Part shown: piece after piece, positions 51,779 through 64,000 of the stretch
How positions within the stretch are numbered: position 1 is the first letter of the stretch
How the letters are laid out: each line of letters opens with the position of its first letter
Origin: Lingula anatina
Lineage: Eukaryota > Animalia > Brachiopoda
Length of the DNA: 64,000 nucleotides
Reading direction: 5' to 3'
Assembly (NCBI GenBank): GCA_051362555.1
Contig: CM120644.1
Coordinates: forward strand, 15,336,534-15,400,533
The notes under the pieces: model-generated
Told to the model about the DNA's origin: nothing
What the model saw: the letters and a program-made list of their open reading frames with translations, nothing else
Databases searched by the model: none
Made by a program: the position numbers and the translations under genes

Positions 51779-53803
51779 CCTCTCTTTCTCTCTCTCTCTC
51801 TCTCTTTCTCTTCAAATCAAGTCTTAACCTTTGTCCTCACGAGAACAAAAAAAGCCCCAGAGTTATCTATCCTGTTTGTAGAGTACGTAGTATTTAATTA
51901 TCTCCGTAATAAAAGAAGCATCCAGTAAGCTATGTCGGGTTGCAAAGGTGAAAGCTCGCTCCAGGTGTCTCGGGGCCGTTTTCACAATTAAAAGTTTGGC
52001 ACGGAACTTGGTCCAAACGTTTTACATGTACGTCGCGGATTTCATTTAGAAAATGAAATAAGTTTTGGGCTTAAACACTGGCCATGCATTTTTCCTTTTA
52101 AAAAGACAAAATATCTGAATATTTGAATCCGATTAACCTACCACTGATCTAACTTGACTCAAAGTACCTTTCTCTAAGTTAAGACCTATTTTCGAGCTAA
52201 ATTAATTTTGTGGAACGGGCAAAAGGTATCAAGGTATTGTATTTGGCAAGTGACAAAAAGAGCGCTAGAGGCGGCCGGGGTCACCTTTGCGAGCCTCACT
52301 ATGGGATGAGTTATTGACAACTTGGAGGTCGGAGTCACCGATAATGTAGATTACAAATGCAATAAGCTGGGCTCATTTTAACCGAGGCGCGAGACGAAAA
52401 CCCCCGTCTTAACCCTCTAGATATTTTTTCTAGGTATCATTCCAGCATAGTGATGACGTAATGCCTACATAAAGAATATGGGATTAGATATTGAGAGAGA
52501 GAGAGAGATGGGGAAGAAAGAGAGATTCAGATATATCAAGTTAAATAGTTGTGTTTTGGGGAGGGAAAGAAACACACTGATGTAGCTTGGGTGCAATCAC
52601 TCTGTTGGCTCTAATTTTTTTGTCGCCGCTCATCGCTATTTGAACTCCATTTATTTTCAAGAGAGTACCACAGACTTATCTTTGCTCCAGTAAAAGATGT
52701 TTTCCGGTTTTGCTGTTATGTCAACGAACACACCTTCTGAAAATAATAACATTCAAACTTCTGAGGGAATTCTGGATGCATTACTTTAGGCAGAGACAAC
52801 ACCAAATTAAACCACCACCGCAAATGTCAAAAAGAAAGTCATCCGAACTTTAAAGGGTAATTTGATTGCATTACGCTTTGCGGAAACAACAGCGACCCAA
52901 TCCTAGAATGTCTGTTGTATCAAGGAGGTATATGATTTCCTTGGTTGAAGGGCTTTTCATATTTTTCAAATACGTTAAAAGGCACTGGGAACACTTAATA
53001 AAACTATTAAAGAACAGAGCAGGTACGATTTGAAAATTCGGCGTTCGTTAGAATCGCATTAAGGACCCGCTGAGAGCGAGGCTTCTTTCCGCTGTGAAAG
53101 GATGACAACAGGAAAGAACCGCCGCTGTATTTAGGCATAATAAGAGAACTTGCCATAAATCTTAACACCACGGGATAGAACGCTACAGCTGCTAGGATAG
53201 TCTAGACAAATTAATTACTCACCTTGTGTGATAACGGTGAACGCAGACACAAATAAAGACAACAATAATAATAAAGGGATAAATAAGAATAAAAAAAAAG
53301 AATAAACGCCAAGCTCCTTACTGCGTACTGCAGAATGGAAAAGAACCTGGAACAATGAAAACCCAAAAGTGTGTGGTTTCCAGATTTTTTTCTAATTTAC
53401 ATAATTACACCACAAAGTCAATTTTATTATTATCCTGTGTGCGTGCTTGCGAGTTGTACTGGGATGTACGCCGAAGCCTTCATTTTATTGTATTATCTAT
53501 TTGTAATAGTCTGGAATTTTTTTAGACTTTAGCAGTTGGATGTCTCTGATATCTGCCCCGAGTGTAATAGATAAAATTCCTATCATCCTTATCTTTATAT
53601 ATAAGGTAATACGTATCTCTCGTTAATGGGACTAGGTCATAATCGGGGAACTCTCATAGACTAGTCAGTAAAGTGAACAACATTGAACATGCTATGCTAC
53701 ATATATCACTCAGTACAATTTTTTAAAATCTTAATTTCTGATTTTGATTTTGAGCGAAGTTATGCATTTTTTCCAGAGAGTGTATTCGTAAGTGGGTGTG
53801 AGG

Positions 53804-53851
<48 letters not shown>

Positions 53852-54088
53852 CAGAGCCATGTGCTCGTTTTGAGTAAATACAGCGTTGTTATTTCAATTT
53901 ACTTATTACAGACATAGAACAGCGGGAAAGTAGTAGAGAATGAGATGCAGATTATTTCAATATGATATCGATATGGCAGGTACAGCGTGTTGTCTTGTAA
54001 GCAACAGAAAACAGATGCTTGCAATTTTTTTTAACTAAATCGTTTATGAAAGAGGAGTGATATTGGTAATTCGTTTCTCAGCAATGTA

Positions 54089-54266
54089 AGACCGCATTCA
54101 GAACAGTGGACTAACTGGTTCGCGGGTCAAATATGGCGACCCACTAAAAAGCTTGCCATCTAATCCGCTAAAAGACACTGAATATAGATTCCCCGTGGAG
54201 AAATATTTTAAGTGGGTCGGCCATATTTGAACCCTCGGACTCGTTAGTTCACTGTTCGTGCGGCCT
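54089..54266. mobile_element. Family A MITE
   Basis: TA|AGACCGCATTCAGAACAGTGGACTAAC...GTTAGTTCACTGTTC-GTGCGGCCT|TA. The interior matches the 5861 and 15248 copies. Confidence 0.85.
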
Positions 54267-54489
54267 TATTGGCAATTCGTTTCTTAACAATGTCATTTGA
54301 ACTGGGGCACATTTATTCAAACGTGTGAGCCCGTACACCGAGGTTTGAGACCCAGATCTGAAAAAGAATGGAAAAGATGCGGGTATTTTTTTCTTTCTAT
54401 ACTAGCACTGTGACTCATAGGACAAATACGATAAAATAGCAATTGAGTGCTTGTGAAAAAATATAAATACACATCTCTCTCTCTCTCTC

Positions 54490-54535
<46 letters not shown>

Positions 54536-54585
54536 CGAGAGAGAGAGAGAGAGAGAGCGTGTGCACCCTCTCGCTCATTAGGCTC

Positions 54586-54744
54586 CAGGGCCGTAGCCTC
54601 CGGGGGGGCAAGGGGGGCAGCTGCCCCCCCTGGGATTTAGAATTTTCCACACTGGTAGGGGGACACCCCCTCCCCCTTCGGGGGCTTCGCCCCCTCGTGT
54701 CCGCTTACTGCCCCCCCTGGCATTTTGCTCAGGCTACGGCCCTG
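54586..54744. mobile_element. Young GC-rich non-autonomous DNA transposon (CAGGG termini, 5-bp TSD)
   Basis: Perfect 14-bp TIRs CAGGGCCGTAGCCT / AGGCTACGGCCCTG, with a GGCTC direct repeat at 54581-54585 and 54745-54749. Confidence 0.88.
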
Positions 54745-55545
54745 GGCTCTGTACATTAAAGCAGCTAATATTCTTAAGCAACTCAGGCCTTAGATGTTTG
54801 TGGTGAAATAATGTCATTTACGATGACTCCTCCTGTAACTGAATAAATAATCAAAATTGACCATGTTTGGCCAAATGCCCCACCTGTGGTTATACTAGGA
54901 CGACTCACATCGATTCTCGGTCTCAATATGCGCCGTTCATTACGAGACATACAATTTTAATTAATTAATTTTTGCTGTATTGTGTCTGTCAGACGACGCC
55001 AGTTGGACCGATTTTCGGCCGAAATCAGTCTTGTCTTAATAAACCTTAACAACGCATATTCTTGATATCGTCCCTAAGGAAGAGAAAAGTCACTGATCCA
55101 CCCGTCTCGACCCCCCCCCCCCCCTTTGCAACCTCCATACCTCAAATGAATTGAGTTTCTATTGTTTTCTGTTTTATTAATTCATGGTTCTTTTACACCG
55201 CCAAGGCCGAAAATCACCCAACCGCGCCGATCACTGACCGCTTTATTCCCGTTGAGTCTCCCTAGATTCCAATAACCCGCTAGAACACGCGTGCATATAT
55301 AGCAATGAGAGAATTCGTTCAACAGAATTAATCCAGTTCACCGAAACTGCCAGTACTGGGATCCCTGGTAGACTGATCGATTAGCTGCTGATGATTCAAC
55401 ATAACGATGAGTCGTTTAACTCTGATGTATTGTATTTTAAGTGCATGCGATAAGGCTCCGTCCGCGTTGCGTTTTTCTGGGGTGGCGCTGAATCGGATAG
55501 AATTTTGGACTCCATGCCCCTAACCGCGTGGATTGAAATAAATCC

Positions 55546-55753
55546 GAGGGGACTCTCGCTGAATGCAGTCAGTTTAAGAGGTAACACTCCTCCTCTTGGC
55601 GTTAAGTAAAATACAGAAAAGCTGGTGACTTTACGTGTACATTGTAACCAAGAGGAGGCGTGTCTCTCAGTTAAGCTGATTGCACTCAGCAAGAGTCCCC
55701 GCAGAGTTGGATCGATCCACTTAGACCGATTATGTCTATGGAAATTAGGGTCT
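55546..55753. mobile_element. Family B MITE with a degraded left end
   Basis: gaaaagctggtga...tcagttaagctgattgcac.cagc..gagtccc..agagttggatcgat matches 3560-3700. Confidence 0.8.
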
Positions 55754-55863
55754 TAATGCTGCCACTTACAACAGACTCGGCATTCCACGGACGATTTTGG
55801 ACCGAGGCGTGTTGGATTTATGAGAAAATGGACCATAATTTGAGTTGTAAAGTTACGAGTTCG

Positions 55864-55985
55864 GAGGAGTCAACTGTACTTTTTTTCTTCTCAGAAACAT
55901 ATAGTGAGGAGTCAACTGTACTTTTTTTCTTTTCAGAAACAAATAGGGAGACATCTGTACTCTTTTTCTTGTCAGGAACAAATAG
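55864..55985. repeat. ~42-bp minisatellite, ~3 copies
   Basis: The unit gaggagtcaactgtactttttttctt.tcagaaaca.atag is repeated, and the third copy is diverged. Confidence 0.9.
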
Positions 55986-58900
55986 AATGACATTTAAACA
56001 TTGACGAGAATCAATACTGAAAACAAGCAGGCTGCTTGCAATTAATAAGACTCGACAACACCAAATCTAGGCACGTTGGAAATTATTCTGTTTAAACAGT
56101 ACTGATTGTAATTAAGTTGGTGGATATACAGCGAGAACAAGATGAAAAATGAATTTGTTTCCTATTTCTTTCTTTTCTGGTTCTATTCTCGAAACACTGC
56201 CTCGAGATCTATTCGAAACTAGGTGAGTGCTTTGACACAATGAAAAGTTCGGATCAGAAACGTTGATTGCAATTAATCTTCGGGGTGCAGAGTTTGTGTT
56301 CACATTACACGGCAAAAATTGTTTACAATCATCATTAAATACGACCATGTCGATGTCTGAATACCGTCGATTGTACAGCAGTTGATTGTAGTACTATGCT
56401 ATGAACCCAGTTTGGGTGCCTTGCTTTAGCACAAAAACATCTACATATTTACAACCGCTGGGATAAAGAGATTTGGAAATACCATTTAAACACATCCGTG
56501 ATAGGAGCACACAATATAGGTACCTAGGGATCCGAATCAGTTTTGCCAGGCTATATGCGCCAGTATTGGATTTGTCAAATATCTAATAGCACATTTCAAT
56601 AGCGAAGATGTATTGTACAACGAGGAAATTGTGTGCTATTTGGATATATTAATTATGTGAAATGTAATGTCCTGTTAGTGCAATGTTTCAAGGGCGTACG
56701 TTATTTTCAGTGTGTCAGGTGTGTGTGTGCGTGTCTGTGTGCACGTGCGTGCGTGCGTGCACGTGTGCTTGTTTATTGTGTGTCTTTACGCGTGCATGTG
56801 CACTCACGTGTCAACCCGTATTTATACACTTGTAAGTGTATCAATACATAATAGGGCGCGCGTGTGCGTGTGTTTGCACGCGCGCTGGTGGGCAGGTCAT
56901 CCTATATAAAGATATATAGATGAAATTTTCACATCCCATAAGATGACTAAGTATTGTTTGACTCTGTGTGGAATAACAACTTACAATCGACATGAAATGC
57001 CTCCGGATGATTCATAGTTCCTCTATGGCCAGGCGCAGTGGACGATCGAGATATTCTATAATTCACTTAAATTATATATTATAGACAACATATTAATATC
57101 TGACACTGAGAACTGAGCAGTAGTGTGTATAGAACAAAACTGACTGATTAATGGGCTTAATTCTAACCCTTAAGATAGTCATAACCAGTAGAGCTGTTTC
57201 TTATGAATAGCAAATGAAAAATCAACGTGAATAATTATTGCAGCTCGAATCCTTCAAGGACGTTATGGTGATATTCTTCCCGCCAACAAGTCGGTTTCTT
57301 TCTCCCTAATTAGTTTTAATTGGTAGTGATACATAAATGGAAAATGTGGCAATGTGTTAAGAGTAGTTATTTAAGAACAGGTTGCTTTTATCAACTCAGT
57401 GCATTAAGAAATTATTTACTATTTCATCTTAATCTATTAATTTTAACGGTACAGCGAGTACTTAACTGGACGTAGCGGGCCTCCGATGGAGACTTTTCTA
57501 GTGGACTTGACCATGATAAAAATCTCATGAGACGTCCTGACTGCAGATGATGACCATGGTCAATTGTTAGGAATTTGATCAACTCCGATAACGCGGGTTG
57601 TTTTGGGACTATCTTCTCTTTATAACTTAGGCCAAAATTTGTCTTGGTTTTAAAACATAATGTATTGACTTTTTTGTCGATTCAGACATTATCCAATGCT
57701 AGATAGTCCAGTAGAAAAAAAGTAACTATTGGTAAAGGGCAGTGTTTTTTTTTTTCAATGCCCGATTACTTCAATTTAGGACCCATCAACATTTTGGGTC
57801 TAAGAAGGCTCCCCATGGTCTTACATAGTCCCGACACTACACAAAGATGAGGTTAACTTTAGACAGCGGATCCTCGCTTGCAATCAAAATACCTTTGGAG
57901 ATTTTAATCATTCATTGAAAAACCCTGTGCGTTCATGAGCTCGTTCGGGACAGATAAAAACTTCATGAAATCAATAAAGTTATCTTGGCGCTTAGTATAC
58001 TTAATAAAAGCCCATCTAAATTTAGTAATTTAAGAGATGCAAAGTGACGGGTCGCCAATATTTTTCTATTTTGATGATAATCGTATATTTATAAGTGCAA
58101 CCAGAAGTTCAAACATTTACATTCATAGCGTACATGCAGCAGAAAGTTGAAAGCCATGATGATGATATATGTCAAAATTATATTCACAATAAAATTACTT
58201 GAACTTAAAAGTATAAGGTAACGGTGTTAAGGTGAAGATCTAGAACGTACATTTTACAGATTGCGTGAACTCAGTTTCTTATTGCTGTAACCACTAAAAA
58301 CCCTTGCTCAAACTGATCTTATCAGCACTTAATCAATGGCCATGTTTTCCAAACAGACCGATCTCAAGGATTAAAAGAGATTCATTGACTAATAGATGTG
58401 GAGTAATTTAAAGAGAGTTTGATGATAAGGTCTAAGCTAACTGCATTATTGAAAAGGAAGTAAAAGAAAACATGGGTTAGATAAAACATTTGATTAACGA
58501 TTTAAAACAACATTCAGGTGCTTGCCGACCAACATATTAACGAGTTCGATCTCATTGATTTTCTTTTAATAAATAACCCTACACCTGTACCTGTAAAACA
58601 TTTTTACATGGATAAAATCGAGTGGATGGTTAAATTTATTTTAACTTCGCTTTATTTGTATTCGAGGCGAAAGTGTTCCTCTTCTTACTAGCTCAAAGGA
58701 ATATACAGGAAGATATAAAGACAAAATTTGTTTCGTCGGTATAGTACGTAACCTGTGAAACGTGTCCTGTCCTCTACTTTATTAATTTTAATTAATCTTA
58801 AAAGATGCGTTTTAAACGAGATTAATGTCCAGTAAAATTGACAAGGAGATATTGAGATAACCCCATTATAATATAATAACCTATTGTGTATTCATTGTAT

Positions 58901-59110
58901 TAACCACTGTGGTCAGTTTGCGGTCAGTTAGTGGTCAGTATGTGAAGTGGTCTTTTCAACCAGGGCCACTGAGGTTTTTTTTTTTTACATTCACAGATAA
59001 TTTTTGGGCTGCTTCTGGTCGCATAATGTATTGTGAATTTCTGAAAGAATTTATTATCATTATTTTTTTTTTGCTCAGAAATGACGTCATCACCCAGTTG
59101 ACCGGCGATG

Positions 59111-59163
<53 letters not shown>
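59111..59163. repeat. (AAT)n microsatellite
   Basis: Seen directly in the sequence. Confidence 0.95.
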
Positions 59164-59165
<2 letters not shown>

Positions 59166-59503
59166 AGTTTATCCACCCATTATATGAAGTATAATATATA
59201 AAAAGATAAAACCATCTCAGGTTTGAAAAATGACTGCCCAATATTCCATATGTCCAGTACTGTCCACAGTGTCCAGTGAGTGTGTTCCATATGTTGGACA
59301 TGTGTCCAGGGCAGGTCAGCTTCAGGAATGTTGACAGGTCATCCATCCAGGTCCGTTGCCGAGCAGTATTACACACGACACACGTCTTTTTTAATGTTGA
59401 CCAAAGGTCAGGATAGAGCGTGACTGAAATCATTAACAATGGAGTGAAAGGGGAATATATAGATGTGCGTTCTCTCTCTCTGTCTCACTTTCTCTCCCTG
59501 TCC

Positions 59504-59558
<55 letters not shown>

Positions 59559-60017
59559 AGCCCCCTTCTTCCAAATTCTGCAAACTGCAAGTGCCGATGG
59601 CACGGGAATTCATCTCAACACTCACATCTTGAAATTGCATCACAGGAATAGAGATATTTTGATATTAAAAAAACTCTCATTTTATAAAAAGAACTCAAGG
59701 CCAGCTAATTATATAACTTGGACTTTTCTTCCTGTTGCCTTTTTCCTCTCTATAATAGAAAATCAAGTCATTTCTTATCCTGCTTTCTAATTTCCCTTGA
59801 TTGTCAGTCATCGTTTTCGTGCACTTATTACAATTTGCTTTAAAGAAGAATGGGTCTAAATATCATTTATGACGTGTTGCTTATCAATAACGATGTCAAT
59901 GGCAAAACAAGAATATTGACGTGAAAAAAAATTGGGGAAAATATTATGAGGTATTTTGCAATATTTCTGAGATCGGGGAGGGGGTGTTTTTTAACTCAAG
60001 CCCCCACCCCCCATTCA

Positions 60018-60053
<36 letters not shown>

Positions 60054-60719
60054 ACAAGGGGGTGAGAAAGGGAGATAGGTTGTCACCTCCTTCACTTGTA
60101 TCTGCCTAGGACAGTCACGTGTTCTAGGACGGATCCAGTGATAGGCTGAAATATCCCCTTCTTCCTCTTTTCTCTCTGTCTCTCTCCCCCCCCTCTCTCT
60201 CCCTCTCTCTCTCTCTCTCAAGGGTTGACCAAACAACCTTCTATCCCCATTATCCAACATGCTATCGTAAAATTCCCTCCATCTACCAGTTATATATTAT
60301 TTTCCCTAACTCATACCGGTGTTGTAACCTCCCTTCCACATAAGCAACCCCCTGGATGCACCACTCAGACCACTGGTATTTAACGACATTTTCCATCCAT
60401 GCTATCGAGTACGCAAGTTGGGTAAACAGTCATCGTAGTTACACAATGTTTTTGTTATCTGAAGGCACCTCCTCTAGACATAACAAAAACTGGAAGTAAA
60501 AGTTCAGCAGGACAGAGATATTATACAGCAAGAGGTGGGGGGGGGGGGATATTCCACCCTCCTCCCCAACAACCACTCGCTACCTTCCCCAAAACAAAAT
60601 GGTGGTAGCAGCAAACGTTTTAAATTAAGCAAACAGGGGAAAAATATTAAAAGAGCGATCTGAGTGAGATCTATGGATGGGCTGCAAAATGTCCAAGATT
60701 GCAAATGTTTGTAACCATT

Positions 60720-61370
60720 TATCCAAAGCACTCCCACCCTCACCAATCTCCGTTCGATATTCTGATTTTCCTCACTGAGCAGCATATCCCTAAAACTTCC
60801 GCTGTCTCTTTCAAGTTAGAAATACCAAGGCATATATTGGTCTACAAAGTGATTTTGTTCTGAAGATATACGTAAATACACATCTGTTCCAAGACTTGGC
60901 AACACACGCTGGCAGATTAAAATTGTGCCCCAAATACACCGTGGCTAATTTGGGGCGGAGTAGAGTTTTTACTTCATACAAGGGAAGCATTGAAAATTTA
61001 AAAAAATCTTTATGGATGAACTGCAAAATGTAAAAGATTGTCATGTTTATAACTACACGTATTTATTCAAAGCACCCAACCAATCCAATGATATTCTGAT
61101 TTTCCCCAGTGATCAATATAAGCCTTAAACTCTCGTTGCCTCATAAAGAGGTACACATTGGTCTACAAAGAAAATTTGTATTGAAGATAAACGTAGAATA
61201 CACATTTGTTCAAAGTCTTGGCAACACTTTAATGTCATGTAACTGCCATGTTACTGCCAAGCTGTTGGCCGTCGCATTTCGACGTGTTTTTGGCAGATGA
61301 AATCATACCCCAATATACCGTTGCACATTTTTAGTCGGAGTAGCATTTTCACCTCATACAAAGGAAACAA
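60720..61370. repeat. Diverged tandem duplication, unit ~345 bp
   Basis: Collinear blocks (caaagcac, gatattctgattttcc, attggtctacaaag, tgaagata, atacacat, cttggcaacac, tggcagat, cggagtag, tcatacaa) occur twice in the same order. Confidence 0.85.
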
Positions 61371-61975
61371 AGAAGATAAAAAAAACCGAGATCACTTCAA
61401 TCTCATACTTGACGCACAAGAAAACTTGGAGCAGATCTTCCTCGACGCTGCATGACGCTCCAGCACAGGTGTAGGCGTTTTTTTTCTACGATTATCAGGA
61501 CAAAGAACATACTTTCACTTTTAAATATTTCGCCGACGCACCTGTCCGTTCTTGGTGTATGTTTCACAAGCAGCCAGTTGTGTAAATTTCAGCCGCAAAA
61601 TAACTTCGGTTCTTCTTATCTTCATCTTAACGATGAGATCTTCCTTTTTTTTTCTAAAACACGTGCGCATTTGTAAGGTTAAGTACCGCGATCTGCAGTT
61701 ACTCCATGTTCAAGCAATTGCCAAGTGCTGACACTGGTACTATTTAGTTTAGTACTCGCACAGTCTAAACTAAAACTGAAACGGGAATTGCTGAAGTATC
61801 TCCAGGAAAGGCAGGGGGTGGTTTCAATGCATCGTGCAGATTTTTTAAATTAAAAGAAAAAAGAAAAAAAAAAGTGATGGCACAGGTGGAGAGATATCGG
61901 CGCTTAGACAACCCCAAGTTTTCACTGGTTTATCTCCTTCGTGCATTTTGGCACATGTGAATCCAAGATTATAGA

Positions 61976-62274
61976 GGGATGGGCCCGTTTCTATATTCCA
62001 AGGGTCTGCTTTTTCCAAGGCCCGCTATTCCAAAGGTCCGCTTTTCAGAGGATCCGCTGTTACGAAGTTACATTTCACATATATAGGGCAAACAGCCTAA
62101 ATATAGCATATGAATGCGCTTCTTTGACACGAAGGTCAGAGCCCGGATTACGCAACATTTAAAATCCGTTTAAACGCTGCTATAGCATCAATAAACTTTT
62201 TCGGAAAGGCGGACCTTCCGAATGGCGGACCCTAAGAATGGCGAACCCTCGGAATATAGGGCTGCCCCCGTCCG
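61976..62274. mobile_element. MITE-like element with subterminal ~16-bp repeats
   Basis: Termini ctatattcc / ggaatatag are inverted. ggtccgct-ttcc-type units repeat on the left and their inverse (gaatggcggacc) repeats on the right. Confidence 0.7.
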
Positions 62275-64000
62275 CTCCAAACCATCATCGTGTAAACGTA
62301 ACAAATCTGGCACTTCAACGGCTGAAAATTTATGCCTCCACCTGTCAAGAGTCGAGGTGGAAATACAAGACACTCAAAAATGCTTTTAATGATATTGATC
62401 TCAATTTGAAATATGGGCTTTGTAAAATCATGCCATCCGTTTGCCATATCGGTGGTTCAACGCGCAAATCTTAAGAGACGCTCTAAAAAAATCACTAAAT
62501 AAGGAATTGTGATACGTGAGACAAAAGATCGCATGCGTGCACTCTATTCATTAAGACTGAAATGGGAAATCTATAAATGCATGGACGATGTATATGTCCC
62601 TTAGCATTTCTCTGCCAGGGAGCATTTTTGTTTCCCAGCTTCTCGTCCTGAAATTATCAATAAAATGTCATCTTCACAAATGGAAGTTTGTAGTGGTAGG
62701 TCGTGAAAAATGACTTCCACTATGTTTTATTAAACGAAAAGGGGTGTTAATTTGCTTTGGCAATGTACCTCTGATCACTTACATATATTTTCATTATTCA
62801 ACTTTTTATAAATTATATTTGCATATTTTTTCAATAGTCTTCTTATTGCCCAACCTATGGTGTTGAAAACTAAATACAACCGGAATCCACACAGAATTTC
62901 AAGAAACTCTGCTGTAGTAATGATGATAGAAAAGCATAAGCTTATCAACACAAAACTGAGCACGTGAGCGCATGATTGTGCAAGCAGGCACGCGCGAAAT
63001 ACCACGCGCCTGTCGTAGCTACTGTTTTCTGGAGTTATCACGATCACATGGATTTTTTTTTTTTTTTTTTTTTTTGCAATATCTCGCTCGTAAATGCCCA
63101 TTAATGTAAAGTGCACTTGGACCACCCATATTGGAATTTCATAAAACCTTCTCACACTACTGTGCGACACGCAAAAAAAGAAGAAAAAAACGACTTAAAG
63201 GGATAATAACTCTTCGTTTCGGCCAAAAAATGAATTTTCCTGGGGTAAACAACAATTTTTCCATACTTACCAATGGTTAATGAATCCATTTTTACATTCA
63301 AAGTTAGTCCCTGTTTTTTTTTCTAAAAAGTTTGGTTTTTTGTTAAAATCTCTTAAGAGATTTTAACAGAGTGTAGCCATCAATGGAGGTCACGTGGTCT
63401 AAAGACAAGCTCAGATATCAGAATAATAGCTATAACTGCCTTTTTGTGGTAAAACAGAATATGTTATATTTCTATGAGTTATTCACAATGTTTTTATTGT
63501 GAAATCATTTAATGTAGATTTCATACGAAGAGTTATTATCCCTTTAACTTCACCAACTGGCATAAAACCAAGCTTAGATATGAAGGACCGAATAAGCATT
63601 GTTTTCCTTTCTCTAAATTTTTAATTTTCCGGTCAGTTCTTACGGGCGTTCGCACTTCCGCGGTCCATCGTTACCAATTAATACTAGAAGGTAAAGACCT
63701 TGAAATTTGCTCACATTTTTCCTGATGGTTTATCAACGGCAGATTTTACGGCTTCGATTCTACAAGTGCGTTCTAAAATGAAATGCTGTCGACGATTAGA
63801 CCGAAATGAGCTACAATTAAAATAGAGAATATTAGCAATTACCTGATAGACATTCCGTTGTTCACTTTAGACGTGTCATTTATTAGCTAAAAACATCTTG
63901 CTTGCTTATATGTGGGATAGACGACACTTATACCTCAGACCACCAATAACATAAAGTATTTCAATACTGTCCATATATCTTACATTATCGGCAATGGTGA

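Noticed and set aside
59164-59420. ARQRTWMDDL next to an (ATT)n tail, resembling an RTE-type LINE 3' end
   Set aside because: Only one short motif supports it, too weak without BLASTx.
1-64000. CRISPR arrays, operons, rRNA/tRNA genes or other prokaryotic systems
   Set aside because: The sequence is intron-containing eukaryotic DNA. I saw no regular repeat-spacer array or tRNA/rRNA signature, and the 10.7-11.2 kb and 55.9 kb repeats lack unique spacers.

Overview
AT-rich, microsatellite-rich eukaryotic DNA with spliceosomal GT-AG introns, most likely from an invertebrate animal. Most of the ORF track is noise. Two minus-strand genes can be assembled exon by exon. (1) A two-exon gene, complement join(699..922,4245..4473), encodes a ~150-aa secreted protein ending in a 6-Cys chitin-binding type-2 (CBM14/peritrophin-A)-like domain. 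(2) A VAT-1 family gene (MDR / zeta-crystallin-like NADPH quinone oxidoreductase) has five shared downstream exons (14018..9888) and two paralogous first coding exons 31 kb apart (18441..18776 and 49952..50458). Each first exon encodes its own GroES-like N-terminal segment and ends in a phase-0 donor, which suggests a variable-first-exon/constant-region design giving 456-aa and 513-aa isoforms. Intron 4 of this gene holds a decayed tandem array of copies of the exon-5 splice acceptor. The rest is intronic or intergenic. It contains two dispersed palindromic MITE families, a young element with a 5-bp TSD, Tc1/mariner and LINE remnants, a nested retroposed insert, local duplications and microsatellites. 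All calls were made by eye, with no database searches.
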